A DNA stretch of 64,000 bases from Nitrospirota bacterium (GCA_963701855.1 CAVPBK010000001.1:128001-192000), one strand, 5' to 3'. Positions 30,284-41,129 are shown, counted from the first letter of the stretch. Notes: a model not told the origin generated them from the letters alone. Made by a program: numbers and translations.

Positions 30284-30955
30284 ATGTTCCGCAATCGCGA
30301 AGAAGCGGGCCGGATGCTGGCCGATAAGCTGAGTCAATACCGCAACGATTCGACGGCGTTGATTCTGGCCCTTCCCCGAGGCGGAGTGGCAGTGGGCTAT
30401 CAACTCAGCCTCGCCCTCCATCTCCCGCTCGACGTGTTTATTACGCGCAAGATCGGTGCGCCGGGAAATCTCGAATATGCGATCGGGGCCGTGGCCGAGA
30501 CGGGATCGCGCTATCTGAATCAAGAGGCGGTCAGCGCCTTTGGCTTATCCCAGCATGAGCTGGACCGGTTGATTCATGTCCAAGAGAAAGAGATTGCCAG
30601 GCGCAAGAACCTGTACAGGCAGGGACGACCGCTCCCGCGGCTCACAGGCCACACTGTGCTCTTGGTTGACGACGGCATCGCCACAGGCTCGACATTCCTG
30701 GCCTCGGCACTTGCCATTCGCAGTTTACAACCTCACCGTTTGGTGGGCGTGATTCCAGTCGGACCCCCGTCGACAATCCGTGAAGTCCGAGCACATGTGG
30801 ACGAGTTGGTGGTGCTCATGACACCGGACCCGTTCGAGGCCGTGGGAAATTTCTTCGTGGACTTCACGCAAGTCGAAGATCGCGACGTAGTGGAATACTT
30901 AAATCTGGCCGAGGAGGCGATGCTCGAACGCACGCCCCCTTCACCAGCCTCGTAA
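30284..30955 (+). CDS. Type I phosphoribosyltransferase-like protein
   Basis: MFRNREEAGRMLA, LALPRGGV, VLLVDDGIATGST. Confidence 0.93.
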   Translation: MFRNREEAGRMLADKLSQYRNDSTALILALPRGGVAVGYQLSLALHLPLDVFITRKIGAPGNLEYAIGAVAETGSRYLNQEAVSAFGLSQHELDRLIHVQEKEIARRKNLYRQGRPLPRLTGHTVLLVDDGIATGSTFLASALAIRSLQPHRLVGVIPVGPPSTIREVRAHVDELVVLMTPDPFEAVGNFFVDFTQVEDRDVVEYLNLAEEAMLERTPPSPAS

Positions 30956-30988
30956 AACGTTTTGTTAGCCACGGAGGTACACCGTAAC

Positions 30989-31489
30989 ATGTCCACACAT
31001 TCCAAGATCCCGTCAGGGTTGGGATCTCGCAGAGACCAAACATATCAAGAATACGAACACGACACCTATAAACTTCAGGGAAAACTCAAGGAGCCCACTG
31101 CCTGTCCAACATGCGGGGCAGTCTTTCTCAAAGGGCGGTGGACCTGGGAAGCGAAACCGGCAGGCGCGCACGAGACTCTCTGTCCGGCTTGTCACCGGAT
31201 CCACGATACATACCCCAAGGGCCTCGTCACGATCAAAGGGCCGTTCAAAGATACCCAGCACGAACAGCTGATCGGTGTCGTCAAGAACACGGAGGAGAAG
31301 GAGAAAAAGGAACACCCGCTCTCCCGGATCATGGCGATTGAATCACGGCCTGAGGGCCTGGTCATTTCGACGACCGATACCCATCTGCCCCGGCGAATCG
31401 GCGAGGCGCTGGAACATGCCTACCACGGGCAGCTGGAGTTGCATTACGACCAGGACGAAGACTTCGTACGGGTCACATGGACCCGCTGA
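30989..31489 (+). CDS. BCAM0308 family protein
   Basis: EHDTYK...EPTACPTCGAVF..GRW...CPACHRIHD.YP.G...HPLSRIM...TTDTHLPRRIG. Confidence 0.85.
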   Translation: MSTHSKIPSGLGSRRDQTYQEYEHDTYKLQGKLKEPTACPTCGAVFLKGRWTWEAKPAGAHETLCPACHRIHDTYPKGLVTIKGPFKDTQHEQLIGVVKNTEEKEKKEHPLSRIMAIESRPEGLVISTTDTHLPRRIGEALEHAYHGQLELHYDQDEDFVRVTWTR

Positions 31490-31520
31490 ACCCTGGTTTC
31501 AACTTTTGAGGAGAAAAATA

Positions 31521-32057
31521 ATGTGGTCCTGCCCCAACCGATGGATACTTGTCGCAGTAGCAACATTCAGCCTGGTGACCGGAACGACGGGACAGGCGGC
31601 GACGTCCATTCCACAAGGCTCGATCGTGGAGGTGGATCAGGCTACCGTCAATCAGATATTAGATGTGTTTCACAAGGCTGAAGCAGCCATCGCGGCAGGA
31701 AATCTTGACGGCGTCATGGCACTCTATGCAACCCAGTACAACTATCATGGGTTGAAACAGGCGGATGTTCGTAAGATCTGGTCCAATCTGTTCGAGGAAT
31801 ACCGTGATATCAGCGAGGTTCATTTCTTTTCGAAGATCGCCAAGGTGGGATCGGGCTCCACCGCCATCATCGAAGTGACCTGCACGGGGAGCTTGTCGGG
31901 CCTTTCGAAGACCAGCGGCCTCCGAGTTCCCATTGACAGCTGGTATGAAGAAGTGCATTTTCTGATGCTCGAGGGCGGCGTCTGGCGCATTCGCGGAAAT
32001 GCCGGCGACCAGTCACGGGTTCTGCCGTTCGGCACGGCGCCGCACCCGCTATTCTGA
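31521..32057 (+). CDS. Exported NTF2/SnoaL-like protein
   Basis: Signal peptide; paralogue of 25673-26224, ends APHPLF. Confidence 0.75.
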   Translation: MWSCPNRWILVAVATFSLVTGTTGQAATSIPQGSIVEVDQATVNQILDVFHKAEAAIAAGNLDGVMALYATQYNYHGLKQADVRKIWSNLFEEYRDISEVHFFSKIAKVGSGSTAIIEVTCTGSLSGLSKTSGLRVPIDSWYEEVHFLMLEGGVWRIRGNAGDQSRVLPFGTAPHPLF

Positions 32058-32070
32058 ATGGGAGGCAGCA

Positions 32071-32928
32071 ATGAGAATCGTGGTCGGTGTGGATTGGTCG
32101 GAAGAGTCTTTTGCTGCCGTGGAACAGGTCGGGTTACTCTACCGGCCGGACGATGTCGTGCTCGTACATGGCGTGGATCTTGGCATGCTCCAGTCTCCCA
32201 TCGTGGCCGGGGCAGTCAATCTGCAAGGGTATGACGAATTCCGCCAGGCCTTGATCGATGCCGGTCGCCAGGCCGTTGAGCGCTGCCGCAGCCTGCTGCC
32301 GGCTGAGACTCCCTCCATCCGAACGATGTGCGAAGTCCAGCACCCAACCGCCTTCATTCTCGACAGCGCCGCCGCAGTAAAGGCCGACCTCATCGCAATG
32401 GGCACGCACGATCACAGCCGGTTGTCAGAAATGTTTGCCGGCAGCATTTCGCACCGCGTCCTGCTCCATGCCACGGTGCCGACCTTAATCGTAAAAGGAA
32501 AGGCTCGACCCGTCGCGCGCGTCCTCATGGCGGTGGAAAGCCGAGAAGACACGATCCGCCTGCACAGGTGGCTGACATCGCACCCCTTCAAGAACCCGGT
32601 CGCGGTCACCATCCTCTCGGTCGTTCCCTCGCTCGAGATGGTCAATGAGCAATTGATGGTGAAACTCAAAAACTGGTCCGAGCAAAATACGCAGCATGCT
32701 GAGCAGGTCGTACACGACACGTCCCAGACGTTGGCCGGCCCACACTTCACAGTGTCCACCATGGTTCGTACGGGCGATCCCGCGACTGTTGTGTGCGAAG
32801 TGGGAAATAGCCACGATCTCATCGTGATCGGCTCCCATGGGCGGAAGGGGTTCGATCGTTTCCTGCTGGGCAGCGTGTCGCACGGAATCGTGCATCGGGC
32901 CAATACTTCCGTCCTTGTTGTCCGTTGA
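32071..32928 (+). CDS. Tandem-domain universal stress protein
   Basis: MRIVVGVDWS; DLIAMGTH; DLIVIGSHGRKGFDRFLLGSVS. Confidence 0.94.
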   Translation: MRIVVGVDWSEESFAAVEQVGLLYRPDDVVLVHGVDLGMLQSPIVAGAVNLQGYDEFRQALIDAGRQAVERCRSLLPAETPSIRTMCEVQHPTAFILDSAAAVKADLIAMGTHDHSRLSEMFAGSISHRVLLHATVPTLIVKGKARPVARVLMAVESREDTIRLHRWLTSHPFKNPVAVTILSVVPSLEMVNEQLMVKLKNWSEQNTQHAEQVVHDTSQTLAGPHFTVSTMVRTGDPATVVCEVGNSHDLIVIGSHGRKGFDRFLLGSVSHGIVHRANTSVLVVR

Positions 32929-32977
32929 GAACAGATGACTGGATGCCCACACCACCAACCAAGGAGAAGTTGACAGC

Positions 32978-33340
32978 ATGAAAATCCTTAGCGTGATCAT
33001 TGCGGTGTACTTGGTCCTGCTGGGAAGTACCTGGGCCGCCGGACAGACTGCCCGCGGGAATCCCAAGGAAGGGCAAGCGGTGTATGAAAAGAACTGCCTC
33101 CGTTGCCATGGGAACAAATTGGATGGGAAAGGCCCGGATAGCCAGGATTTGATCGTACGACCGGCCAGTCTTCGGTCTCTCATCACTCAATCCAAGAGCG
33201 ATTGGGAATTACTCGTGGCGATCTCGAATGGCGTGTTGTTCAGCCCGATGCACAGCTTTCGCGGCAAGCTGACGGATCAGCAAATGTTGGATGTGCTGTC
33301 GTACATCAGGGCTGTGTCACCCCCGGACGTTGTCAGTTAA
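32978..33340 (+). CDS. Monohaem cytochrome c
   Basis: Signal peptide, CLRCH, SPMHSF. Confidence 0.9.
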   Translation: MKILSVIIAVYLVLLGSTWAAGQTARGNPKEGQAVYEKNCLRCHGNKLDGKGPDSQDLIVRPASLRSLITQSKSDWELLVAISNGVLFSPMHSFRGKLTDQQMLDVLSYIRAVSPPDVVS

Positions 33341-33527
33341 CCCGCATTATTCATGACGGCTCGTCGCGAAATCGCACTGTCGCATTGCGAGACGGGCGCG
33401 CGGAGCCGCGAGGCTCCGAGGCGTACTTGAACAGCACATTGAGGGAGCTTCGACGAGCCTGCCCGCCGAAGGCTCGTCATAGCCGCGAATCCGCGATTGC
33501 AGGAGAAACGCTCATGAATTATGTGGG
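33341..33527. mobile_element. MITE family A, copy 3 (inverse of 1047-1234)
   Basis: CCCGCATTATTCATGA...TCATGAATTATGTGGG; flanks TTAA/TCAA. Confidence 0.75.
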
Positions 33528-33529
33528 TC

Positions 33530-33720
33530 AATACGAGGTTGGTGTTCTTCCAACGCACAGGCCTGCAGAGGTATACTCAACAACTCGGCCTGTCTGTTTT
33601 TCTTCTCCTGTTCTTCTGCGAGACACCTGTCCGGGCTGGAGAACCGACTCCAGAGATAGCGGTATTCGTTAGCGCCGGCTGCCCCCATTGCGAGGCTGCG
33701 AGAGCCTTCCTACTGATAAA
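33530..33720 (+). pseudogene. Truncated exported glutaredoxin-like fragment
   Basis: Signal-like segment then IAVFVSAGCPHCEAARAFL; similarity is lost afterwards. Confidence 0.5.
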
Positions 33721-33922
33721 ACCGTTCCGTCTCTGCAAAGAGAAGGAGTGCTCCATGCTGGACGATCCAACACGATTACAGCTCGCCAGACTTGCCTCAA
33801 CAGGAAGCCAAGAGTATTCTCCTGGATCCTTGGGATGTTGCGGATCTGGCAAAAGACGAAGTGAACGGAATGAGCGATGGCCCCACGACATTGATTGCAG
33901 CAAGTCGAGTGGGTGACCGAGC

Positions 33923-36654
33923 ATGAAGCAGATCCGTCCATTGTTTCAACCGCCTCCGGCATCCGAGAGTCTGGAAACTGGACTGGTAATCCTGCGCGAT
34001 GGCACAACCGCATCCCTCCGCCCGACCCGTTGGGAGGATCAGGCGATGATGCAAGAGTTCATCGATCGGTTGTCACCGGCATCCAGGCGTCATCGGTTTT
34101 TTTCTGAAACCGCGCCCCCTGCCGACATCACCGCGTCGCTCTGTGATTCCATCAACCCCTCCAAGCAACTCACCGTCGTGGTCTTGAGAACCATCGCTGG
34201 AGATCCCCGGATCATCGCCGCCGGCTCATATTGGGCGCGTACCTCCGATCAGGCCGAGGTGGCCATGGCAGTCGACGACGACTTTCATGGGAAAGGTCTG
34301 GGAACGATCCTGCTTGAACGGTTGGCAATGCTGGCCATACATCGAGGCTTCACCAGACTATGGGCGGTCACACACACTGACAATCCTGCCATGCGCGAAG
34401 TCTTCCGGGAATCCGGGTACCCGACCCATGAAACCTATGAAGGCGGCGACATGCAAGTCGAGCTCTCGCTGCACCCGACCGAGAGCACGACGACCCGCTT
34501 AGAGTTGCGCGAGCGTATTGCCACGACCGCCTCGCTTCGCCCATTCTTCTATCCTCGTTCCGTAGCCGTGATCGGAGCATCCCGCGATCCCAAGAGCATC
34601 GGCTACCGGATCGTCGAAGCCCTCGCCGGCAACCGGTTTCTCGGCAGCATCTACCCTGTGAACCTCAAGGCGGCGACTATTGCCGGTTTCACCGCCTTCT
34701 CGTCCGTGACTGCAATCCCCGGCGCCGTCGATCTGGCGGTGATTGTCGTACCGCGTGATGCGGTGCTGCCGGTCCTCACCGATTGTGCCGGCAAAGGCAT
34801 CAGCTCCGTGATCGTGATCTCCTCAGGCTTTGCGGAATCAGGCCCTGAAGGAAAGCAGGCCCAGGACCGTCTCGTGGAGACTATCCGTCAACAGGGCATG
34901 CGCATGATCGGACCGAACTGCTTTGGGCTCCTGAATACCGATCCTGCCATCCATCTCAACGCCACGTTCACATCGGCCTTTCCCCCCTCCGGCCGCATGG
35001 CCATGGCCACGCAGAGCGGCGCACTGGGGCTCGCAATCCTCGCCGCTGCCCACCGATTACAGCTGGGCGTGTCCTCATTCGTCAGCGTGGGAAATAAAGC
35101 CGACATCTCCACGAACGATCTTCTGCAATATTGGGAAGACGACCCTTCCACCGACATCATTCTCCTCTACCTGGAGTCCTTCGGGAATCCTCGACGCTTT
35201 GCGAGAATTGCGCGTCGCGTCGCCCGCCGCAAACCGATCGTGGCGATCAAATCCGGCCGGAGCTTTGCCGGACGGCGCGCGGCCAGCTCGCACACCGCCG
35301 CCCTCGCGTCGAGCGAGGTAGCCGTGGACACACTCTTTCAACAGTCCGGAGTAATCCGCGCAGATACCTTGGATGAGCTCTTCGCCCTGGCTCGAGGGCT
35401 TTCCGATCAGCCTTTGCCGAAAGGAAAGCGCGTCGGCATCATCACCAATGCCGGCGGTCCCGCCATCCTCTGCACCGATGCCTGCGAAGTGGGAGGATTG
35501 TCTGTCCCCGAGTTGTCCAAGGCGGCCACCACCGCCTTGTCGGCCTTCTTACCTCCCGCCGCCTCGTTGAAGAACCCGGTCGATCTCATCGCATCCGCCG
35601 CTCCGGACCACTATACCAACGCGATCACCACCCTCCTCGCCTCCAAAGAAGTCGATGCCCTGATTGTCCTCTACATGTCCGTAACTGTCGGCGACGCAGC
35701 CGGCATTGCGAACGGGATCTTGCGCGGGATCTCCACTGGCAGACAAGCCGGTGACGCCGACATTCCGATCTACATCTGTTGGATGGCGGAAGGGGATCTC
35801 GAACGGACCTTTCAGACAGCAAGCGAGAAAATCCCCACATTTCCATTACCCGAACATCCAGCAGTCGTGCTCAGCAAAGCTTGCCGGTATGAGGAATGGC
35901 GCACCAAGCCCCTCGGTATGATTCCGGAATTCACCGATATGGACTTCGGTACTGCTCGAGCCATCTGTGCCAGAACCCTGTCTCAAGAAGGGCCTGGATG
36001 GCTGACCGTCGAGGACACCAGATCCCTCCTCGCCTCCGCGAAACTCCCTGTGGCGAAGGGCGGAATCGCAAAGACTGCGGACCAGGCGATGACTCTGGCC
36101 TGTGATGTGGGATTTCCCGTCGCCGTCAAGCTCGCATCACACCAGATCTTGCACAAAACCGAGATGGGAGGCGTCCATCTGAATCTGGCTGATGAGCACG
36201 CCGTTTGCGACGCGTTCGAGGCAATCGGTCTCGTCTCGCGCAGGATCACAAGTTGGATGCGATGGAAGGCGTGCTCGTCCAGCCGATGCTGTCAGGCGGC
36301 ACGGAAGTGATGGTCGGCGTCACCCACGACCCGCTCTTCGGCCCCTTAATCGCGTTCGGCTTAGGAGGCATTCACGTGGAAATCCTCGGCGACGTACAGT
36401 TCAGGATTACTCCCCTCACCGACCGCGATGCAGCTGAGATGGTGCGTGATATCAAGGGCTATCGATTGCTACAAGGCTACCGAGGCCACCCTGCAGCTGA
36501 TGTGGAGGCGATCGAAGACGTGCTGCTGCGTCTCTCCCGCCTCGTCGAAGAAATTCCGGAGATCAGAGAGCTGGATTTGAATCCGATCTTTGCGCTGCCA
36601 CCAGGGCAAGGCTGCCGGATTGTGGACGCCAGAATCCGTGTCGAACTGAGATAG
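33923..36654 (+). CDS. GNAT + acyl-CoA synthetase (ADP-forming)-like fusion (Pat/PatZ-related), 1-bp frameshift near 36226
   Basis: N-terminal GNAT (FHGKGLGT), CoA-binding VAVIGAS, GPNCFG, SHTAAL, ATP-grasp HKTEMGGV...LDLNP. Adding one C (atc cgg) joins the two ORFs. Confidence 0.88.
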
Positions 36655-36727
36655 CCTCGCCGTGTGCCATTCTGTAACCTGAATAGACAACAGCCTCCGA
36701 ATGCAGATTACTTCGATCTGTTTCACG

Positions 36728-37129
36728 CTATTTGCATTCAGGGAATGCCCACTCCCTCCAGGCCTTGGTGAAAATACTTTGAGGGCCATGGCAGCGAATC
36801 ATTCTTCGACCACCATAGATTTTTGTCTGTCCGAACTCGACACCGCGAAAGTGTCGATTTCCATCCCAACAGAGTTTCCCTGACTCCCCCATCGATAGTC
36901 CAACCTCCCAAATCCCCCCACCACTAATCCCATAAAAGTTGGATGGAACGTCAGGGAGATCCATCTTTGCACTGAGATCAAGAAAGTCATACCCATTCCG
37001 ATGATAACTCTCTTGCACCATAGAAAAGAACGCTCTCCCGTGCACAGAAGCCTTTACGGAGTAGTTCTTGAGCTGACTGCAAACTTCATCCAATACGTCT
37101 TGCGGAATATCTTTGATTGGGAAGTCCAC
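36728..37129 (-). CDS. Hypothetical, possibly internally deleted trypsin-like peptidase remnant
   Basis: Lower GC; GISGGGIW resembles the GxSGG nucleophile motif; no His/Asp half present. Confidence 0.4.
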   Translation of the reverse strand: MDFPIKDIPQDVLDEVCSQLKNYSVKASVHGRAFFSMVQESYHRNGYDFLDLSAKMDLPDVPSNFYGISGGGIWEVGLSMGESGKLCWDGNRHFRGVEFGQTKIYGGRRMIRCHGPQSIFTKAWREWAFPECK

Positions 37130-37347
37130 TTCAGATGACCCTCTACATCCGCCAATGAGAATATCCGCTACGGTATCCCAGTGAGATTCGAATGGTTGAC
37201 AGTGCTATCACGTAGAGGGCGAGTCCATTCTGAATCCAATACTTATTCAAATGCTCTGGCTAAGGGAGGCCTGCGTGATTCCCCAACTCCGCAAGGCAGA
37301 ACTTAAGGGGTCAGCCCCCTTTCCCATTCCATACAGCTCGCCAAGAA

Positions 37348-37776
37348 TCAAGGCAATGTCTTCAACCAGGCCTGGATATCGGCAATCTGTTGCTCCGTCA
37401 AGGCGTCTTTTAACGGCGGCATCACGTGCCGCCCTTCTAACACAATCTTCCAGAACGCCTGCTCGTTCGACAGCACGGGATTGCCCGCCAATCGAGGGCC
37501 GATGCCTCCTGTCGCTCGGGGACCATGACAGACGACGCAACTGGCGTTGTAGAGTCCCTCGCCGCGTGTGGTGTCCCCCGCGGGATGCATTAAAGCCATG
37601 CCGCTCGAACTATTTCTATCGACGCCCTGTGGCCCACCATCGCTCGCCCGAGCGAGATGGTCGTCCACGTTGATGGTGGCTCCTAGGAGGAACACAGAGA
37701 GCGCAAAGCGGATCAACAACTTTTGCATGGGCGTGGCTCTATTTCTCTTCCCTTCATCACGGAAGCACTGCGTCAT
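37348..37776 (-). CDS. Monohaem cytochrome c
   Basis: CVVCH, GIGPRL, VMPP; start at 37776 (ATGA overlap) or 37728. Confidence 0.88.
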   Translation of the reverse strand: MTQCFRDEGKRNRATPMQKLLIRFALSVFLLGATINVDDHLARASDGGPQGVDRNSSSGMALMHPAGDTTRGEGLYNASCVVCHGPRATGGIGPRLAGNPVLSNEQAFWKIVLEGRHVMPPLKDALTEQQIADIQAWLKTLP

Positions 37777-38228
37777 TTGCGTTTTTCGGAGTCTTCACTC
37801 CTGAGGAGAGCCAGATAAGCCAGCGTGTCGGTAAGCTCCTGATCCGTCATTCTCGTGTCCGGAAACATGCCTGTGCCTGGGTGTCCTTGCCGGATTGCAC
37901 GCGCGCGCTGCTTGTCGGTTTTCAGATATAGCGCCTTCGGATTTTTCAGATCGACCGGTGGCGGATTGAGCTGCACGATGAGCGCAGTTGTATCGGCTGC
38001 GAGTTTTGGCCGTTGGTCCTTGTTCCCATCAACGCCATGGCAGTAGTAGCACACGCCCTTCCCGTTGAAGACCGCTCTGCCCCGCTCGGCATCGCCTGCC
38101 ACCTTTGTGCCCTTGGGTGACGGAGGAGAATTGGCCCAGGCATTCATCTCAGCCATATAGGTAAACTGGATCGCCAGTACGCCCACTAGCAGGAGGCTGA
38201 AACCGTTTAACCAGCCTGTCTTGTTCAT
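37773..38228 (-). CDS. Monohaem cytochrome c
   Basis: CYYCH, GHPGTGM. Confidence 0.9.
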   Translation of the reverse strand: MNKTGWLNGFSLLLVGVLAIQFTYMAEMNAWANSPPSPKGTKVAGDAERGRAVFNGKGVCYYCHGVDGNKDQRPKLAADTTALIVQLNPPPVDLKNPKALYLKTDKQRARAIRQGHPGTGMFPDTRMTDQELTDTLAYLALLRSEDSEKRK

Positions 38229-38345
38229 TTGGCCTACTATCTGGTCTGTCTCGTTTGTTTGGTTTGTCTTGTTTATTTGGTTGAACGAAACTAGCCGGAT
38301 GAACCAAATTCAACCAGAGAAACAAAACAAACCAGATCAACCAGC
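38229..38345. repeat. Degenerate 9-bp tandem palindromic repeat (TTTATCTGG / AAACCAGAT units)
   Basis: Same unit as inside family B; also near 51045-51185, 53515-53570, 54310-54400 and 63830-63860. Confidence 0.65.
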
Positions 38346-38348
38346 TAA

Positions 38349-38828
38349 TCAGTGTTGTCCGCAACAGAGCTTGTATCGCTCCTCCGGAATATTCTTCATA
38401 TTTTGAAAGACGGCTTCACGCACCTTCGCACTGGTCACCCGGTCAATGCCGGGGTAGAGCACCCGTTCTTCTTTCATATTGTGAGAACCGAGCAGATTCA
38501 ACAACGCCTGTTCTTCTTGATCGCTGTCTGGATTCTGATCGGCCACCTTCTGGTGAATGGCTTCAAGTTGCTGCCCAATCTGGCGATGCTCCGTCCGCAT
38601 CACGGAAGTCGCCCCGCCTTCGGATATGCCGGTTTCCTTTTCCCACAACGGAAACAGAACGTCTTCTTCCCACACGATGTGGCGTTGCAAGCCGAACTTG
38701 AATTCCTTGAATGCCTCCTTGGCCTTGGCGAAGTCGGACTGTTTCAACCTTTGAAAGGTCTTGAACAATTCATCCAATCGGTCATGGTCCTGCTCATAAA
38801 ACTCGGTGATGGTACTCTGCCCACTCAT
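38349..38828 (-). CDS. Hemerythrin HHE-domain protein
   Basis: DHDRLD, RHIVWEEDVLFP, MRTEHRQI, HNMKEERVLYP. Confidence 0.92.
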   Translation of the reverse strand: MSGQSTITEFYEQDHDRLDELFKTFQRLKQSDFAKAKEAFKEFKFGLQRHIVWEEDVLFPLWEKETGISEGGATSVMRTEHRQIGQQLEAIHQKVADQNPDSDQEEQALLNLLGSHNMKEERVLYPGIDRVTSAKVREAVFQNMKNIPEERYKLCCGQH

Positions 38829-38847
38829 GATGCCTGCCTCCAATACA

Positions 38848-39351
38848 TTATGAATGCCCTCCGACTTTGAACTCCAAATGGCAGGCCACGCAGGCCTTCA
38901 GCACGTTGTTGAACTGCGGCAAGATCTGCTTCAAGTCTTTCGTGGGGATGATGCGCGCCAACTCTTCCGCCGCCGCATGATGCGCCATAGCCAAGTCGTG
39001 ATAGGCAGGTGGAAAATTGTCAGGCTGCTGCTGCGCCATGGCCTGCCGATGCATAAAGAATCCCAGATGCGATTCAGTCAGGCCTTTTGCCAACTCGTAG
39101 TCCTCCTCGACCAGCGCGTTCACGATCACCTGGATCGTTTCCAGGTGCTGTAACATTACCGCGCGATGTTCTTTCCCTGCCGATGACGACAGTGGAATCG
39201 GATGCCTAGTATCGGGCGTCATATAAGGAATGGACTGCGGCTCATTGTGGCGGCGATCGACCTCAGTGCAACCAGCTGACAATACAACACAAAGAACACC
39301 CAGAGTGATCCTTCCAAGGAGGATCTGCCGCCCTCTATATAATGGTGGCAT
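38848..39351 (-). CDS. Class II (cytochrome c'-like) lipoprotein cytochrome
   Basis: Lipobox SAGC; helical body with C-terminal CVACH. Confidence 0.8.
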   Translation of the reverse strand: MPPLYRGRQILLGRITLGVLCVVLSAGCTEVDRRHNEPQSIPYMTPDTRHPIPLSSSAGKEHRAVMLQHLETIQVIVNALVEEDYELAKGLTESHLGFFMHRQAMAQQQPDNFPPAYHDLAMAHHAAAEELARIIPTKDLKQILPQFNNVLKACVACHLEFKVGGHS

Positions 39352-39431
39352 GTAAGTTGGCCTTTAAGGGCTTGGACAAGAATCGCACTTCTGAGCGTAA
39401 CCCCTGCACGAAGACGACCAGATCATTCAGT

Positions 39432-39905
39432 TCAATGGTGCTGATGCTGAAGGTCATGATCATGACCTTCAGCCGATTTCTTTCCCGCCTTGATAGTCTT
39501 TGGCTTCAGCGGGGTAAATCGGGCACCATAGGCATCCTGTTCCGGCAACTTGACGAATACCACAATCACTGTCTCCGGTGTGATGTGAAATTCACCGTTC
39601 CCCGTAAATATATTCTGTTGTGATGGCCCCAGCTTGACCGCTGTTTTGCCTCCGGCCTTACCCTGTTGGATAGTGGCCTTCCCCTCTCCCCCATCGGTAT
39701 GAATCTCTTGCCATGCATGATCGGTCACATGCAGTACCAGCTCTCCGTCCTTGGCAACGAGCTCCAGGTGATAGGGACCTGCCGCACGGACTTGCCCGCC
39801 ATGTGGGGACGCCATCGCATCCAGCGATTCATCGGTATGTGCCCAAACGGGTTGTAATATCATCAGGGAAACAGCGAGCACGACAGTAACCATCGATACA
39901 TTCAT
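39432..39905 (-). CDS. Periplasmic His-rich putative metal-binding protein
   Basis: Signal AH start, PHGGQV...YHLELV, His-rich tail. Confidence 0.75.
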   Translation of the reverse strand: MNVSMVTVVLAVSLMILQPVWAHTDESLDAMASPHGGQVRAAGPYHLELVAKDGELVLHVTDHAWQEIHTDGGEGKATIQQGKAGGKTAVKLGPSQQNIFTGNGEFHITPETVIVVFVKLPEQDAYGARFTPLKPKTIKAGKKSAEGHDHDLQHQHH

Positions 39906-40048
39906 TTTTTCTCCTCAGGATACAAATGGGAACGGCAAGAGAATCCTCCAAGACACCTTGGCATCCCTCCATCAGATCACGAGGTTAACACCAGCGCCTC
40001 AAATTTTCACCCGTTCTTATGCCCATCACTGACTGATACGGCATACCC

Positions 40049-40360
40049 TCAGCTGCAACATTTTTCGATATTTTCCTTCATGGCCTCTCGTCCGGTCTTG
40101 ACCGCCGCCTCGGCATCAGCCGTTTTCTCTGCGATGAAATGTTTGCCGCGCTCTATGACCTCATCAAGAGCGGCTCGCGCCTCCTTCGCCTTCTCCAGGA
40201 CTTCTTCCTCGGCCTTCCTGGCATACCCCCTCACAGCCCGGCGCGTTTCTTCCCCGGACTTCGGGGCGAGAAGAAGACCTGCCACCACCCCAGCCATGGC
40301 CCCCCCTAAGAATGCGAGTACAACAGCCGGCCCGGAACATTGTGTCTCTCGATTGTCCAT
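40049..40360 (-). CDS. YtxH domain protein
   Basis: FLGGAMAGVVAGLLLAPKSGEETR. Confidence 0.9.
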   Translation of the reverse strand: MDNRETQCSGPAVVLAFLGGAMAGVVAGLLLAPKSGEETRRAVRGYARKAEEEVLEKAKEARAALDEVIERGKHFIAEKTADAEAAVKTGREAMKENIEKCCS

Positions 40361-40402
40361 AATAATTCCTCCTTAGATATAAAGGGTTCACTTAAGTTGA
40401 AA

Positions 40403-40418
40403 AGCGAAGGCCGTGCCA
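40403..40418 (-). promoter_or_regulatory. Putative sigma-54 promoter
   Basis: TGGCACGGCCTTCGCT upstream of the YtxH gene. Confidence 0.55.
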
Positions 40419-40576
40419 GAAAAGCAGAGCCAGGAAACCACTCGTTACCGCGATTTGACGAGGCCTTAAGGGAACGCACGAAGAGGAACGATAGATTCCT
40501 GGGGCATTTCAGGTCTTAGGGGAAAAGCGGACTGTCGCAAAAAGCAACAATCCTCCGGGCGAGTGAGTCAGGCATA

Positions 40577-41044
40577 TCACTTATTTTCTTTCGCGAATGA
40601 CCGCACATATCGCAGCACCTGCCAGGCTTCTTCTTCCGTCAGTACGAGCGGAATAAAAGAGGCCATCGCCGTGCCCTTGCTGCCGTTCTTCAAGATCCAG
40701 AACAGTTCCCCATCGGTTCGAGCGGCTTGCCACTTCTTGTCGGTAAAATTTCTCGGTAAGGGGCCTTTCAGCGTCCCCGGCGCAATATCTGCCCCAAGCC
40801 CTTTCCCATCCGGCCCATGACAGACCTTGCAAAAGGCTTTCCCTTCATACAACGCTTTGCCTTTCGCAATCATTTCCTCGCCCTCAGGGAGCGGATTCGT
40901 CACAGCACGGGCTGCTTCGATCTGATCGCCTGGTACCCGTGGGCGCATGACAGACTTGTCAGCCGCCCACGTCAGGCCCTCGACAATCAGGAGAGTTCCA
41001 ACCACCAATAACATAATTGACGTAATCCTGACTCGATTGGTCAT
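40577..41044 (-). CDS. Monohaem cytochrome c
   Basis: CKVCH, PRNFT, TDGELFWILKNGSKGTAM. Confidence 0.92.
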   Translation of the reverse strand: MTNRVRITSIMLLVVGTLLIVEGLTWAADKSVMRPRVPGDQIEAARAVTNPLPEGEEMIAKGKALYEGKAFCKVCHGPDGKGLGADIAPGTLKGPLPRNFTDKKWQAARTDGELFWILKNGSKGTAMASFIPLVLTEEEAWQVLRYVRSFAKENK

Positions 41045-41129
41045 GGCACACGATCCTTCTTCAGGTGAGGTGAAGACAGGCGGGGAGACCGCGTGACCAC
41101 GCTCTCCCCGCCACATCTATACCTTTGAG

